Assembly (NCBI GenBank): GCA_963931495.1
Contig: OZ007020.1
Span: 30,001 to 62,000 of the forward strand
Direction of reading: 5' to 3'
Source: an uncultured Alphaproteobacteria bacterium
GTDB lineage: Bacteria > Pseudomonadota > Alphaproteobacteria > Rs-D84
Length of the DNA: 32,000 nt
Of the stretch, positions 5,758 to 14,384 are shown one piece after another (positions within the stretch are counted from its first letter, which is position 1; each line of letters opens with the position of its first letter). The translations under genes and the position numbers were made by a program. The notes beneath the pieces were generated by a model that saw only the letters and a program-made list of their open reading frames with translations, did not search any database and had not been told where the DNA came from.

Positions 5758-7332
5758 TTTGTTTATTCGCTTGATATAATACATCTGGGCAATGCCGAAT
5801 ATATTTGACACCGTCCAGTACAGCACCAATCCCGCCGGCATCCATGCGAACATTACTGTAAATATCAGTGGCATCCATTTCATTACTTTCTGTGTTTGTG
5901 CCGTAACGTCATTCTTGTCAATATTGCCTGATGGCGTCTGTAAATACTGTTGCAGCCACATTGTCGCGCCCATCAGTATCGGCAATATAAAGTATGGATC
6001 CATTGCCGCCAAATCAGAAATCCACAAGAAATGTGCACTGCGCATCTGTACAGATATTAATAACGCCTTGTACAATGCAAAGAAAATTGGAATTTGTATC
6101 AGCATCGGCAAACATCCAGACATCGGGGATGTCTTGTGTGTCTGGTACAGGCGTAACATTTCCATTTGTAATCGCGCCTTGTCATTGGCGTATAATTTTT
6201 GTATACGTGCCATTTCTGGTTGCATTTTCTGCATTGCCATCATTGAAACATATGATTTGCGCGTCAGTGGCCACATCGCCAAACGCATCAACAGTGTTAA
6301 AACAATTATCGCCAAACCATAATTTTTAACCACGGAATTTAATATGTTCAGCAACCATAATATCGGTTGAACAAAAAACCAAAACCACCCATAATCCACA
6401 GTTTCATCAATGCCCGGAATCTGTTGATTTGCAACGTCCAATATCTTGTTATCACGTGGTCCAACATACAGGTGCGCCGTCAATGTCGCCGCGTCGCCGG
6501 ACGCAATTTGAACCCCAGACGCGGTCACATCTGATTGGAACATTTCGCCAAATGCGCGAACCCGCATTGTTTGGTCAACACTGTCCAGTGCAATCACTGT
6601 TTCCCAATACTGGTCAACGAAACCAACAAAACCGTTCGTTGTTGAATACGCAAATGATTTTTTGGCAACACGTGACCAATCTTCATGTTCTAAATCAGAA
6701 TTCACAAATGCCACCGCCCCAGTATAAACCCCGGCCGATGACGACATGTCATTCGCACGCACGATATTCGCATATGGCGCAACCGAAATATCATTACCAG
6801 AATTGTTTTCAATCGTATCTGTGACGGTTATAACATAGCCATCTGTGGTAATGCTTCGTGTAAATTGCACATTATCAGAATTTTTCCATGTATACACGCC
6901 ATTACTGTAATTCCACACTGTTTCCGGTGTTGGTGCGGTTGTGCCACCGGCCGTCATACCGATTTCTGCGAATGCGCCATCCGACCCCAACAAAGTAACC
7001 GGTTCTGTGGAATCACGCTGGGCCGCATCAGCGGCATAATTTAACAATTCTATATCAGATATGCGTAATCCTTGGACATTGGCGGTCAGATTTTCTGATG
7101 CAATTTCATGCACCGGCACAGATGATAAATCAACCATTGGTGCGTATTCTGTATCTGGGCCGGTCGTTTTCGTTTCTGATGGTGCCATCCACCATGACAG
7201 CAACCACCACGATGCTAAAAATAATATAAACCACCATAAGATACCGCCCCAGCGCGACTTTGGGGCCGCCGCATCGCGCGCCGCATTCCACTGACGGAAT
7301 CCAGACAGATTATTATTCATATACTTTACCAT
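5755..7332 (-). CDS. yidC: Membrane protein insertase YidC
   Basis: The architecture is 525 aa: an N-terminal TM segment, a large periplasmic domain, and the conserved C-terminal 5-TM core (GCLPMLIQIPIFFALY, LPILMGATMW). The ATG at 7330-7332 directly abuts the lspA stop. Confidence 0.95.
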   Translation of the reverse strand: MVKYMNNNLSGFRQWNAARDAAAPKSRWGGILWWFILFLASWWLLSWWMAPSETKTTGPDTEYAPMVDLSSVPVHEIASENLTANVQGLRISDIELLNYAADAAQRDSTEPVTLLGSDGAFAEIGMTAGGTTAPTPETVWNYSNGVYTWKNSDNVQFTRSITTDGYVITVTDTIENNSGNDISVAPYANIVRANDMSSSAGVYTGAVAFVNSDLEHEDWSRVAKKSFAYSTTNGFVGFVDQYWETVIALDSVDQTMRVRAFGEMFQSDVTASGVQIASGDAATLTAHLYVGPRDNKILDVANQQIPGIDETVDYGWFWFFVQPILWLLNILNSVVKNYGLAIIVLTLLMRLAMWPLTRKSYVSMMAMQKMQPEMARIQKLYANDKARLQMEMLRLYQTHKTSPMSGCLPMLIQIPIFFALYKALLISVQMRSAHFLWISDLAAMDPYFILPILMGATMWLQQYLQTPSGNIDKNDVTAQTQKVMKWMPLIFTVMFAWMPAGLVLYWTVSNIFGIAQMYYIKRINK

Positions 7333-7878
7333 TTAATTATTCCCCTGGTTTTTTACAGATTTTACACAGCGACGACGCGCCAAGTACCAATTTAATATAA
7401 ATAAAAATACGCCAATTACAATACATGTATCGGCAATATTAAATGATGGATAGTGCCATCCACCAATATGAAAGTCCAGAAAATCAACAACCGCACCAAA
7501 TCTGATACGATCAATCAAATTGCCCAACGCGCCACCCATTATCATTGCCAATGGCACACGTTCGTACGATTTTGCCCGCACAAACAGGTAATATCCAATA
7601 AATCCAATTATTGCCCCAGTTAATATAACCATTATTATTGGGGCCGCTTCGCCGATTCCGCGCAACATTGAAAAAGATGCCCCCGGATTCCATGTAAACA
7701 CTATGTTGAAAAAATCACATACCTGGGTCATTAAATATGGCATTGGTACAATATCCCATGCCGAACCAATTAATGGAACCGTACCGGTAATGGCATACAG
7801 CAATATTCCCTTGGTCAATTGATCCAATAAAATTATTCCGACGATTATCAGTACAGAAATTAATATATTCTTTTTCAT
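7333..7878 (-). CDS. lspA: Lipoprotein signal peptidase (signal peptidase II)
   Basis: The motifs NPGASFSML and FNIADTCIVIGV are present, with 4 TM segments. I chose the ATG at 7878 (MKKNILIS, AGGG upstream) over the TTG at 7899 used in the track. Confidence 0.93.
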   Translation of the reverse strand: MKKNILISVLIIVGIILLDQLTKGILLYAITGTVPLIGSAWDIVPMPYLMTQVCDFFNIVFTWNPGASFSMLRGIGEAAPIIMVILTGAIIGFIGYYLFVRAKSYERVPLAMIMGGALGNLIDRIRFGAVVDFLDFHIGGWHYPSFNIADTCIVIGVFLFILNWYLARRRCVKSVKNQGNN

Positions 7879-7952
7879 ATCAAACCCTGTTTTTGGCAAT
7901 ATAACATACCGTTATGCAAAATCAAACATAAATGTCATGATGCGCAATACAA

Positions 7953-9656
7953 TTACTTTCCAGAAATTATATGTTCTAATCCAGAATAGTTATCTGAACG
8001 CATTGAATCCAACAAATTGTCAATTTTACGTTCTGAAATCCCCAGATGTGATAAAACATCTTGGCCCAACAAGAATGACGATTCTATGGTTTCTGGCAGT
8101 GCGGTATCAACGCCTTCTTTTAATAAAATTTGTGAATCTGCCAAGTTGCGTGCACGTGCAAAAATCTTGACCCGGGGCGCAATGTTACGCACGGTCAATA
8201 TCGTATTGCGTGCCGTCGCAACATTATCCAACGCAATCACAACCGCACGTGTACGACGGGGCGCCAACCCAAAACTGCGCATAACCGCATCATTGCATGT
8301 GTTACCATACACAACATTAAAACCACGTTCGCGCCCCATAACAACTGTTGACGCATCTAAATCAACCGCAACATATGGAATTTTTTCCGATGCCAACATT
8401 GTAGCAATTGTCTGGCCAACACGCCCAAAACCACAAATTACAACCACAGGTTTTGCACCCGCATCTATATCAGACGCACTGCGCAAAGGATATTTGGACA
8501 ACACCCATCCTTTGCGACGCAATTTATCAAATACCGCCAACAATATCGGCGTTAACATAATTGAAACAATTATTATCGCCGTTAATATTTCTTGGTGTGC
8601 AGTTGGCAACGCATCTATCCCAGATGTTTTCATCGTTTGCAACATTAATAACCCAAATTCGCCACCCTGGGATAATATCAGTGCAATCATTGATGCATCT
8701 GGGACAGATACATGGCGAACGCGCGCAACGATGAATATCGCAAAGAATTTTATTATTGTTAATCCGGCAACCCCCGCCAATATCCAATACCAATTCTGGC
8801 CCAACAGATTTAAGTCTAGCCCCATCCCCAGCGCAATGAAAAAAAACGCCAAAAACAGCATTGAATACGGCGAAATTTCCGCATTTATCTGGTGACTGTA
8901 AATTGTTTCAGATAATAACATACCTGCCAAAAACGCCCCCAGTCCCGCCGGCAGTCCCATCCATTCCATTATCATTGCCCACAAAACAATGTTCAGCATT
9001 ATTGCCACCAAAAAAGCTTCTTTGGATTTTAATTTGGCAACCAATCGCATTAATGGGTTCAAAATAAAGCGCCCAACAATCACAACGCCAACAACCAGAA
9101 CAATGGATAAAACCAAAACATCAATTGCCGTTGCCCCCAGATTAAAACTTTTACCCGCGAATACCGGCAACATGGCCAACAGTGGTATAGACAACAAATC
9201 TTGGAACAGCAATATTGAAAATGTCTGTCGCCCCATGTTGGTATTTAACTGGTTACGGTCGGTTAATAACTGCATATCTTCAGATGTACTGGACATCGCC
9301 AACAGCAATGAAACCATTATACACCCCAGCATTGACCACGGGGTTATGCCCGCCAAAATCGGGAACAGCATCACTGCAACCATTAAAACCTGGGCCGCAC
9401 CAAATCCAAATATTGTGCGACGCATTGACCATAACCGACCCATATTTATTTCCAACCCCAACGTGAACCACAAAAACAGAATCCCCAGATTTCCCAGGAA
9501 TGTCCATGTGTCTGTTAATTGAAATAAATCCAACACATATGGCCCGGATACAATCCCAACAATTAAAAACGCAACCAGTGCGCCAATGCGCACCGCACGT
9601 AACAGACAAATTAATATGAACAATATCGCAAAAAATATTAATATGGCCGGGGTCAT
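7953..9656 (-). CDS. Monovalent cation:proton antiporter-2 (CPA2) family protein with C-terminal TrkA-N/KTN domain (KefB/KefC-like)
   Basis: A ~380-aa polytopic Na_H-exchanger-type membrane domain is followed by the Rossmann motif VVICGFGRVGQTIATML. Confidence 0.9.
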   Translation of the reverse strand: MTPAILIFFAILFILICLLRAVRIGALVAFLIVGIVSGPYVLDLFQLTDTWTFLGNLGILFLWFTLGLEINMGRLWSMRRTIFGFGAAQVLMVAVMLFPILAGITPWSMLGCIMVSLLLAMSSTSEDMQLLTDRNQLNTNMGRQTFSILLFQDLLSIPLLAMLPVFAGKSFNLGATAIDVLVLSIVLVVGVVIVGRFILNPLMRLVAKLKSKEAFLVAIMLNIVLWAMIMEWMGLPAGLGAFLAGMLLSETIYSHQINAEISPYSMLFLAFFFIALGMGLDLNLLGQNWYWILAGVAGLTIIKFFAIFIVARVRHVSVPDASMIALILSQGGEFGLLMLQTMKTSGIDALPTAHQEILTAIIIVSIMLTPILLAVFDKLRRKGWVLSKYPLRSASDIDAGAKPVVVICGFGRVGQTIATMLASEKIPYVAVDLDASTVVMGRERGFNVVYGNTCNDAVMRSFGLAPRRTRAVVIALDNVATARNTILTVRNIAPRVKIFARARNLADSQILLKEGVDTALPETIESSFLLGQDVLSHLGISERKIDNLLDSMRSDNYSGLEHIISGK

Positions 9657-9691
9657 TGGTATTCTCTCTCTTGCATGTTATAACAGTTATA

Positions 9692-10519
9692 TTATATCAA
9701 AATACGCGCCATCTGTGCAAATGTTTCTGGGGCAATTTCTTCGGCACGTTCGGTACCATTTAATCCAAACTGTGCCCAATCAACACCAGGAATTATTCCA
9801 CGTATCATCTTGCGACGATGGCCAAATAATTTCGCCGTTATTAATTCCAGTTTCTTTATATCTGGCAATTCACTGATTTTATCCCGATTTGGAATTACAC
9901 GAATTACCGCGCTTTGTACACGTGGACGCGGGACAAATGCCGTGTTTGGGACATCAAATAATATCTTGGAATCTGCAACCAATGAACACAGCACAGCCAA
10001 GCGCCCATATTGTTTATCCCCACAGCGCGCAGTAATGCGTTCGGCAACTTCGCGTTGAAACATCAGTGTCATTGATTGAATTGGTGCACCACATGCCGCC
10101 GCAATAATCCATCGCGTGAACAATTCGGTGCCAACATTGTATGGTAAATTTGAACAAATTGCATATTCACCATTAACACATTCAGAAAAATTAACCCGCA
10201 TTGCATCAGCGTATATAACCGTTAAACGTCCCCCAGATGCCGCCACAATATCACTTAAAATTGGTTCTGTTTTTTTATCTGCTTCTATGGCGATAACGCG
10301 TGGCGCGCCCGCCAATAATAGCGCGCGTGTCAGCCCACCGGGTCCGGGCCCAACCTCTATGACCGGAACATGTGCAATATTTGGTACACTGTTTGCAATG
10401 CGACCCGTTAAATTCAAATCAAACAAAAAATTCTGGCCCAGTTGTTTTTTGGGTTCCAGTCCCGCATTGCGCATCATTTCTGATACAGGTGGTAAAGATT
10501 TTATTTTATCGTTCGTCAT
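9692..10519 (-). CDS. rsmA: 16S rRNA (adenine1518/1519-N6)-dimethyltransferase RsmA/KsgA
   Basis: KKQLGQNFLFD and the SAM motif VIEVGPGPGGLT are present. The gene overlaps recR by 4 nt (ATGA). Confidence 0.95.
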   Translation of the reverse strand: MTNDKIKSLPPVSEMMRNAGLEPKKQLGQNFLFDLNLTGRIANSVPNIAHVPVIEVGPGPGGLTRALLLAGAPRVIAIEADKKTEPILSDIVAASGGRLTVIYADAMRVNFSECVNGEYAICSNLPYNVGTELFTRWIIAAACGAPIQSMTLMFQREVAERITARCGDKQYGRLAVLCSLVADSKILFDVPNTAFVPRPRVQSAVIRVIPNRDKISELPDIKKLELITAKLFGHRRKMIRGIIPGVDWAQFGLNGTERAEEIAPETFAQMARILI

Positions 10520-11115
10520 AATTCCTTGCGACCACCAAATGCCAATGTTAATGTGCCATCGTCCAGATAATCTAAATCGCCACCCAACGGCACCCCAGAT
10601 GCCAGTTCGGAAAAACGAACCCCAGAAACATCCCCAATAACCGACATCACATAGTGCTGGGTTGTTTTACCTTCTATGGTATTGGGCAGTGCAAAAATAA
10701 CTTCACTGATATTTTCAGACGTTATTCGCGATGGCAAATTCGCAATGTGTAAATCATCAGGCATTGTTCCCGACGCCCCAGATAATAATCCGCCCAGTAT
10801 ATGATAACGCCCATGAAATACCGCAGACTTTTCTAATGTCCAAACATCGGCCAGATCACGCACAACACACAATTGTCCATTGGCGCGCGACGCGTCACGA
10901 CAAAATTCACATACGTGCGTATCCGCATCTGTCAGAATTCCACAAACAGCGCACGGACCAATCGTCGCAGATGCATCCAACAGCGCGTTTGCCAAATTTT
11001 CTGCACGCCCGGTTTTATCCTGTAATAATGCCAAAACAATACGCTGGGCCGCACGCGAACCCAATCGTGGTAATTTTGCAAATTGTTTTATCAAACGTTC
11101 TATTTTGGAATTCAT
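10516..11115 (-). CDS. recR: Recombination protein RecR
   Basis: The protein has the N-terminal HhH motif (LPRLGSRAAQRI), a C4 zinc finger (CAVCG...CEFC), a Toprim region, and a length of 199 aa. Confidence 0.95.
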   Translation of the reverse strand: MNSKIERLIKQFAKLPRLGSRAAQRIVLALLQDKTGRAENLANALLDASATIGPCAVCGILTDADTHVCEFCRDASRANGQLCVVRDLADVWTLEKSAVFHGRYHILGGLLSGASGTMPDDLHIANLPSRITSENISEVIFALPNTIEGKTTQHYVMSVIGDVSGVRFSELASGVPLGGDLDYLDDGTLTLAFGGRKEL

Positions 11116-11130
11116 GCACCTGTGCCATAT

Positions 11131-12333
11131 TTAATGAAAAACATAACAGTCCAGGCCAGCATCCTGGGCACGGCGCCGAATGTTCTGTGCCGATTGTTCG
11201 GATAAATTATTTGCCCGCACACGAAACATTCCATTTGGCGCTGTTTCAATAACCGTACTGACCCCGATTTGATTCATAACATTATTAACCTGGGTCTGGG
11301 CGGCATTGCGTGAAGAAAACGCCCCGAACTGGACCCCGGCATTACCCGGCGTATTATTTGACACGTCCGCCCGTGGTGCCGATTGGGCCGTTGCCGCCGC
11401 ATATGCACCATTAAACGTAGATACCCCGTGTGTTGATGACGTCGGAACATAATTGTAATTCGCCCCAGGTTGGGATGACGGCGCGGTTGATGATACCACC
11501 GGCGCAGTATACGTCTGGACAACCACCGGCGCGGCGCCAGTGGCAACCATTTCAAATCCCTTGTCCAGCATTTGTGTTGAAACACTGGCACGAACATCCT
11601 TGCTTTCCGCCCCAAGTACAACAGACAATAAATGATGCCCATCCCGCTTTGCCGTTGCAACCAACGAATACCGCGACTTGCGCGTATATCCGGTCTTCAT
11701 TCCATCGCACCCAGGGTATGTACGCAACAACCGATTGCCATTCGTATATGTCTTGCCGTTATATGTCCATGTATTGATAGAAAAATAGTGCCAATATTGT
11801 GGAAAATGCTTGTACACCGCCATCGCCAACAGCGCAATGTCACGTGCAGTAGACAAATGGTCATCATCTGGCAACCCAGACGAATTTTCAAAGTTCGTCC
11901 CAGACAACCCAATTTCACTGGCAACGCGGGTCATTAAATCGGCAAAGTTACCTTCGCGGCCACCCTTTAAGTTTTCGGCCAATACGCGCGCGACATCGTT
12001 GGCACTTAATACCGTTAATGCCTTTATCGCATCTTCAACTTTTATCTTGCTGCCCGCGGCCAAGCCCAATTTTACCGGTTCGGCCGACGCTGCGGATTTT
12101 GACACAATCAAATAATCGTCCAGATGCAAACGTCCGTGTTCCAATGCATTAAACGTCAGATACAGCGTCATTATCTTAGTTAAACTGGCCGGGTAATTTT
12201 GAACATTGGCGTTTTCTTCGTATAAAATCAGGCCGGAATCCATGTCTGCGACCAGTGCCGCCCGATACGGCGCCGCAACTGTCGGCATTGCCATCACAGC
12301 GAATGCAAAAAATACGGAAAGCAAACGTTTCAT
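11131..12333 (-). CDS. D-alanyl-D-alanine carboxypeptidase (PBP5/6, S11 family) with C-terminal SPOR domain
   Basis: The signal peptide is MKRLLSVFFAFAVMAMPTVAA. The active site reads PASLTKIMT (SxxK), with SGL.. and KTGYT motifs. The C-terminal GVQFGAFSSRNAAQ...FRVRANNLSEQSAQNI is SPOR-like. Confidence 0.9.
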   Translation of the reverse strand: MKRLLSVFFAFAVMAMPTVAAPYRAALVADMDSGLILYEENANVQNYPASLTKIMTLYLTFNALEHGRLHLDDYLIVSKSAASAEPVKLGLAAGSKIKVEDAIKALTVLSANDVARVLAENLKGGREGNFADLMTRVASEIGLSGTNFENSSGLPDDDHLSTARDIALLAMAVYKHFPQYWHYFSINTWTYNGKTYTNGNRLLRTYPGCDGMKTGYTRKSRYSLVATAKRDGHHLLSVVLGAESKDVRASVSTQMLDKGFEMVATGAAPVVVQTYTAPVVSSTAPSSQPGANYNYVPTSSTHGVSTFNGAYAAATAQSAPRADVSNNTPGNAGVQFGAFSSRNAAQTQVNNVMNQIGVSTVIETAPNGMFRVRANNLSEQSAQNIRRRAQDAGLDCYVFH

Positions 12334-12350
12334 CTTGATGTAAATAATAG

Positions 12351-12391
12351 TAAAAAAACAACGTGGCGGTCAATACTATTTTCCCGCCACG
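12351..12391 (-). terminator. Rho-independent terminator after pyk
   Basis: CGTGGCGG (12362-12369) pairs with CCGCCACG (12384-12391). On the minus strand, TTGTTTTTTT follows (the plus-strand A-run at 12352-12358). Confidence 0.6.
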
Positions 12392-12414
12392 CAACACAGA
12401 ATATTTACAACAAA

Positions 12415-13785
12415 TTATTCTATGGTTCGCAGACTGATTTTATCGCCGTCTACGATTACAAGTTTTCCAGAATTTAATCCAAAACGTCGCGCAGAATTAA
12501 ATGCATCACGCGCCGCGTACAGTTCGTTGTCACAAATCGGAAATACACCGCGCGCCAAACACAAATGACACGCAACAACATTTTCATTACACACGGCAAT
12601 AATTGGAATATCTGGCTTGCGACAAGAAATGTGTGTTGCAATATCGGCATCACGCGCGAATACAACAATCGCCGCCGCACGGTTCAAGTATGCCATTGAT
12701 GCAACACTGCGTGACCAATCGTTTTCAGGAATATTTTCAACACGCGACCAATCGTATGGATTATTAATCGCGTCATAGTCTGCATATGACAAGATTTTGT
12801 CCATTGTTTCAATTACGTCCACAGGATGCATACCGATTGTTGTTTCTTCGGATGTCATTGCCGAATCCGCGCGTAAATATGACGTGTTTGCAACATCACT
12901 GATTTCGGCGCGTGTGGGGAAATCACTGTCAACCATACTGCCCAGCATCTGGGTTGCGACAATAACAGGTCTGTTCAATTTGCGACATTCGCGAATAATC
13001 TGACGTGATATTGCAGGCACTTGTTCAAATGGGACTTCTATGGCTAAATCACCACGGGCAATCATCACAGCATCCGCCGCTGTGGCGATATCTGCGATGC
13101 GCGCAACCGCATTTGGGCGTTCTATTTTTGCGATAATTTTTATTGGATGCGATGTACGTGCAGTTATAAAATCACGTACTTCGGCGATATCTTCGGGTTT
13201 TTGAACAAATGAAATTGCAACCCAATCTGGATTTTTTGTTATCGCATATTCCAGGTCTGAACGATCTTTATCCGTCAGTACAGATGTTTCAATTTCTGTG
13301 TCTGGCAAATTAAATCCGCGACGCGACCAAATTTCCGTACCGCGTATAACCGTGGCAATTGCCCGGTCTGGGAAAACAGCATCTATGCGCATTTCAATTT
13401 TACCATCATTTAACAGAATACGATCACCGATATTTAATGACCGTAATACATCTGAATCTGGCAACTGAACGCGCGATCCATCGCCCGGGGTGGAATCAGA
13501 ATCAAATACAAATTGCTGGCCCGGGGTTAATGGATATTTATCTTCGGTGGCAAAGTTTCCGATACGGTGTTTTGGGCCCTGTAAATCAATCAAGATTCCA
13601 ACCGGCGTATTTAATTCAGATGCCACCGAACGAATTAAGTCAATTTTTTGTCCCTGGACATCACCGGTATCATGACTGAAATTCAAACGGCACAGGTTAA
13701 CGCCCGCCTGAATCATTTTTACAAGTATTTCACGATTTTCGCACTTTGGCCCAATGGACGCAGTTATTTTTGTAAATCTGTTCAT
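12415..13785 (-). CDS. pyk: Pyruvate kinase
   Basis: KITASIGPKCENREIL...GVNLCRLNFSH is present, along with MIARGDLAIEVP and ATQMLGSM. The length is 456 aa. Confidence 0.95.
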   Translation of the reverse strand: MNRFTKITASIGPKCENREILVKMIQAGVNLCRLNFSHDTGDVQGQKIDLIRSVASELNTPVGILIDLQGPKHRIGNFATEDKYPLTPGQQFVFDSDSTPGDGSRVQLPDSDVLRSLNIGDRILLNDGKIEMRIDAVFPDRAIATVIRGTEIWSRRGFNLPDTEIETSVLTDKDRSDLEYAITKNPDWVAISFVQKPEDIAEVRDFITARTSHPIKIIAKIERPNAVARIADIATAADAVMIARGDLAIEVPFEQVPAISRQIIRECRKLNRPVIVATQMLGSMVDSDFPTRAEISDVANTSYLRADSAMTSEETTIGMHPVDVIETMDKILSYADYDAINNPYDWSRVENIPENDWSRSVASMAYLNRAAAIVVFARDADIATHISCRKPDIPIIAVCNENVVACHLCLARGVFPICDNELYAARDAFNSARRFGLNSGKLVIVDGDKISLRTIE

Positions 13786-13818
13786 GAAAAATCCCCATCC
13801 TGTTAACAGAACTATTTA

Positions 13819-13847
13819 TTGAAATTTTGCGATTAATCTTATATCAT
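13819..13847 (+). promoter_or_regulatory. sigma70-type promoter candidate (TTGAAA-17-TATCAT)
   Basis: TTGAAA lies at 13819-13824 and TATCAT at 13842-13847, with a 17-nt spacer. The element is ~30 nt upstream of the small-ORF start. Confidence 0.4.
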
Positions 13848-13878
13848 ATCATCGTTATAAAAACAAGGAGAAAACAAT

Positions 13879-14037
13879 ATGCACCCACAGCATAACACAC
13901 CAATTACGCGCCCAACAATGGCAGATATTGCACAAAAAATTGAAAAATTAAATAATAATGTCAGTGCACTGGTATTTATTAATCTGTTCATATTTACACC
14001 GATTCTGATTTATTTTTTAATCATGTCTTTTTCTTGA
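13879..14037 (+). CDS. Small tail-anchored membrane protein, 52 aa (below the ORF-track size cutoff)
   Basis: The ATG at 13879 is preceded by AAGGAG (13865-13870) at 8-nt spacing. The translation is MHPQHNTPITRPTMADIAQKIEKLNNNVSALVFINLFIFTPILIYFLIMSFS, a polar N-terminal half followed by one C-terminal TM helix. The stop is TGA at 14035-14037. Confidence 0.55.
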   Translation: MHPQHNTPITRPTMADIAQKIEKLNNNVSALVFINLFIFTPILIYFLIMSFS

Positions 14038-14065
14038 TTTTTAATATTTATGATATATCATAAAT
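14034..14065 (+). promoter_or_regulatory. gapR promoter candidate (TTGATT-16-TATCAT) overlapped by a 20-bp perfect palindrome
   Basis: TTGATT lies at 14034-14039 and TATCAT at 14056-14061. The palindrome ATTTATGATATATCATAAAT at 14046-14065 covers the spacer and the -10. Confidence 0.4.
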
Positions 14066-14091
14066 CAACATAAAAAACGGGGGAAAACACT

Positions 14092-14340
14092 ATGAAAAAC
14101 GCAAATCATGGCGCAATTGATAATCAGCAATTGTTAAGCATAATTGAACGCATTGAAAAATTAAATGAAGAAACAGCCGCAATCGCCGCAGATATCAAAG
14201 AAATTTACAGCGAAGCAAAATCTGCGGGGTTTGATCCGAAATATATTCGCCAGATGATACGTCTGCGCAAACTGGATCCAGATGAACTGGACGAAGCAGA
14301 TGAATTGACCCAAATGTATCGTAATGCACTGGGGCTGTAA
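14092..14340 (+). CDS. gapR: DUF2312 / GapR-family nucleoid-associated DNA-binding protein
   Basis: The protein is 82 aa. LLSIIERIEKLNEETAAIAADIKEIYSEAKSAGFDPKYIRQMIRLRKLDPDE matches the conserved DUF2312 pattern known from Caulobacter GapR. GGGGGA lies upstream as the SD. Confidence 0.85.
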   Translation: MKNANHGAIDNQQLLSIIERIEKLNEETAAIAADIKEIYSEAKSAGFDPKYIRQMIRLRKLDPDELDEADELTQMYRNALGL

Positions 14341-14352
14341 TACCGCATTATT

Positions 14353-14384
14353 AAAATGGCGATGTTAAAAACATCGCCATTTTT
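14353..14384. terminator. Bidirectional terminator between gapR and pyrG
   Basis: ATGGCGATGT (14356-14365) pairs with ACATCGCCAT (14371-14380) as a 10-bp perfect stem. An A-run and a T-run flank it. Confidence 0.7.

Noticed and set aside
8017-8895. 292-aa plus-strand ORF inside the CPA2 antiporter gene. Similar antisense ORFs occur at 5792..6322, 10116..10640, 23174..23764 and 29585..29986.
   Set aside because: All lie fully within confidently identified genes on the opposite strand. They have skewed composition and lack start signals, so they are shadow ORFs.
13879-14037. I first suspected the small ORF upstream of gapR was a frameshifted pseudogene.
   Set aside because: On recounting the bases codon by codon against the printed coordinates, the frame is continuous from the ATG at 13879 to the TGA at 14037 (52 codons plus the stop codon). 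The apparent frameshift was my own transcription slip.
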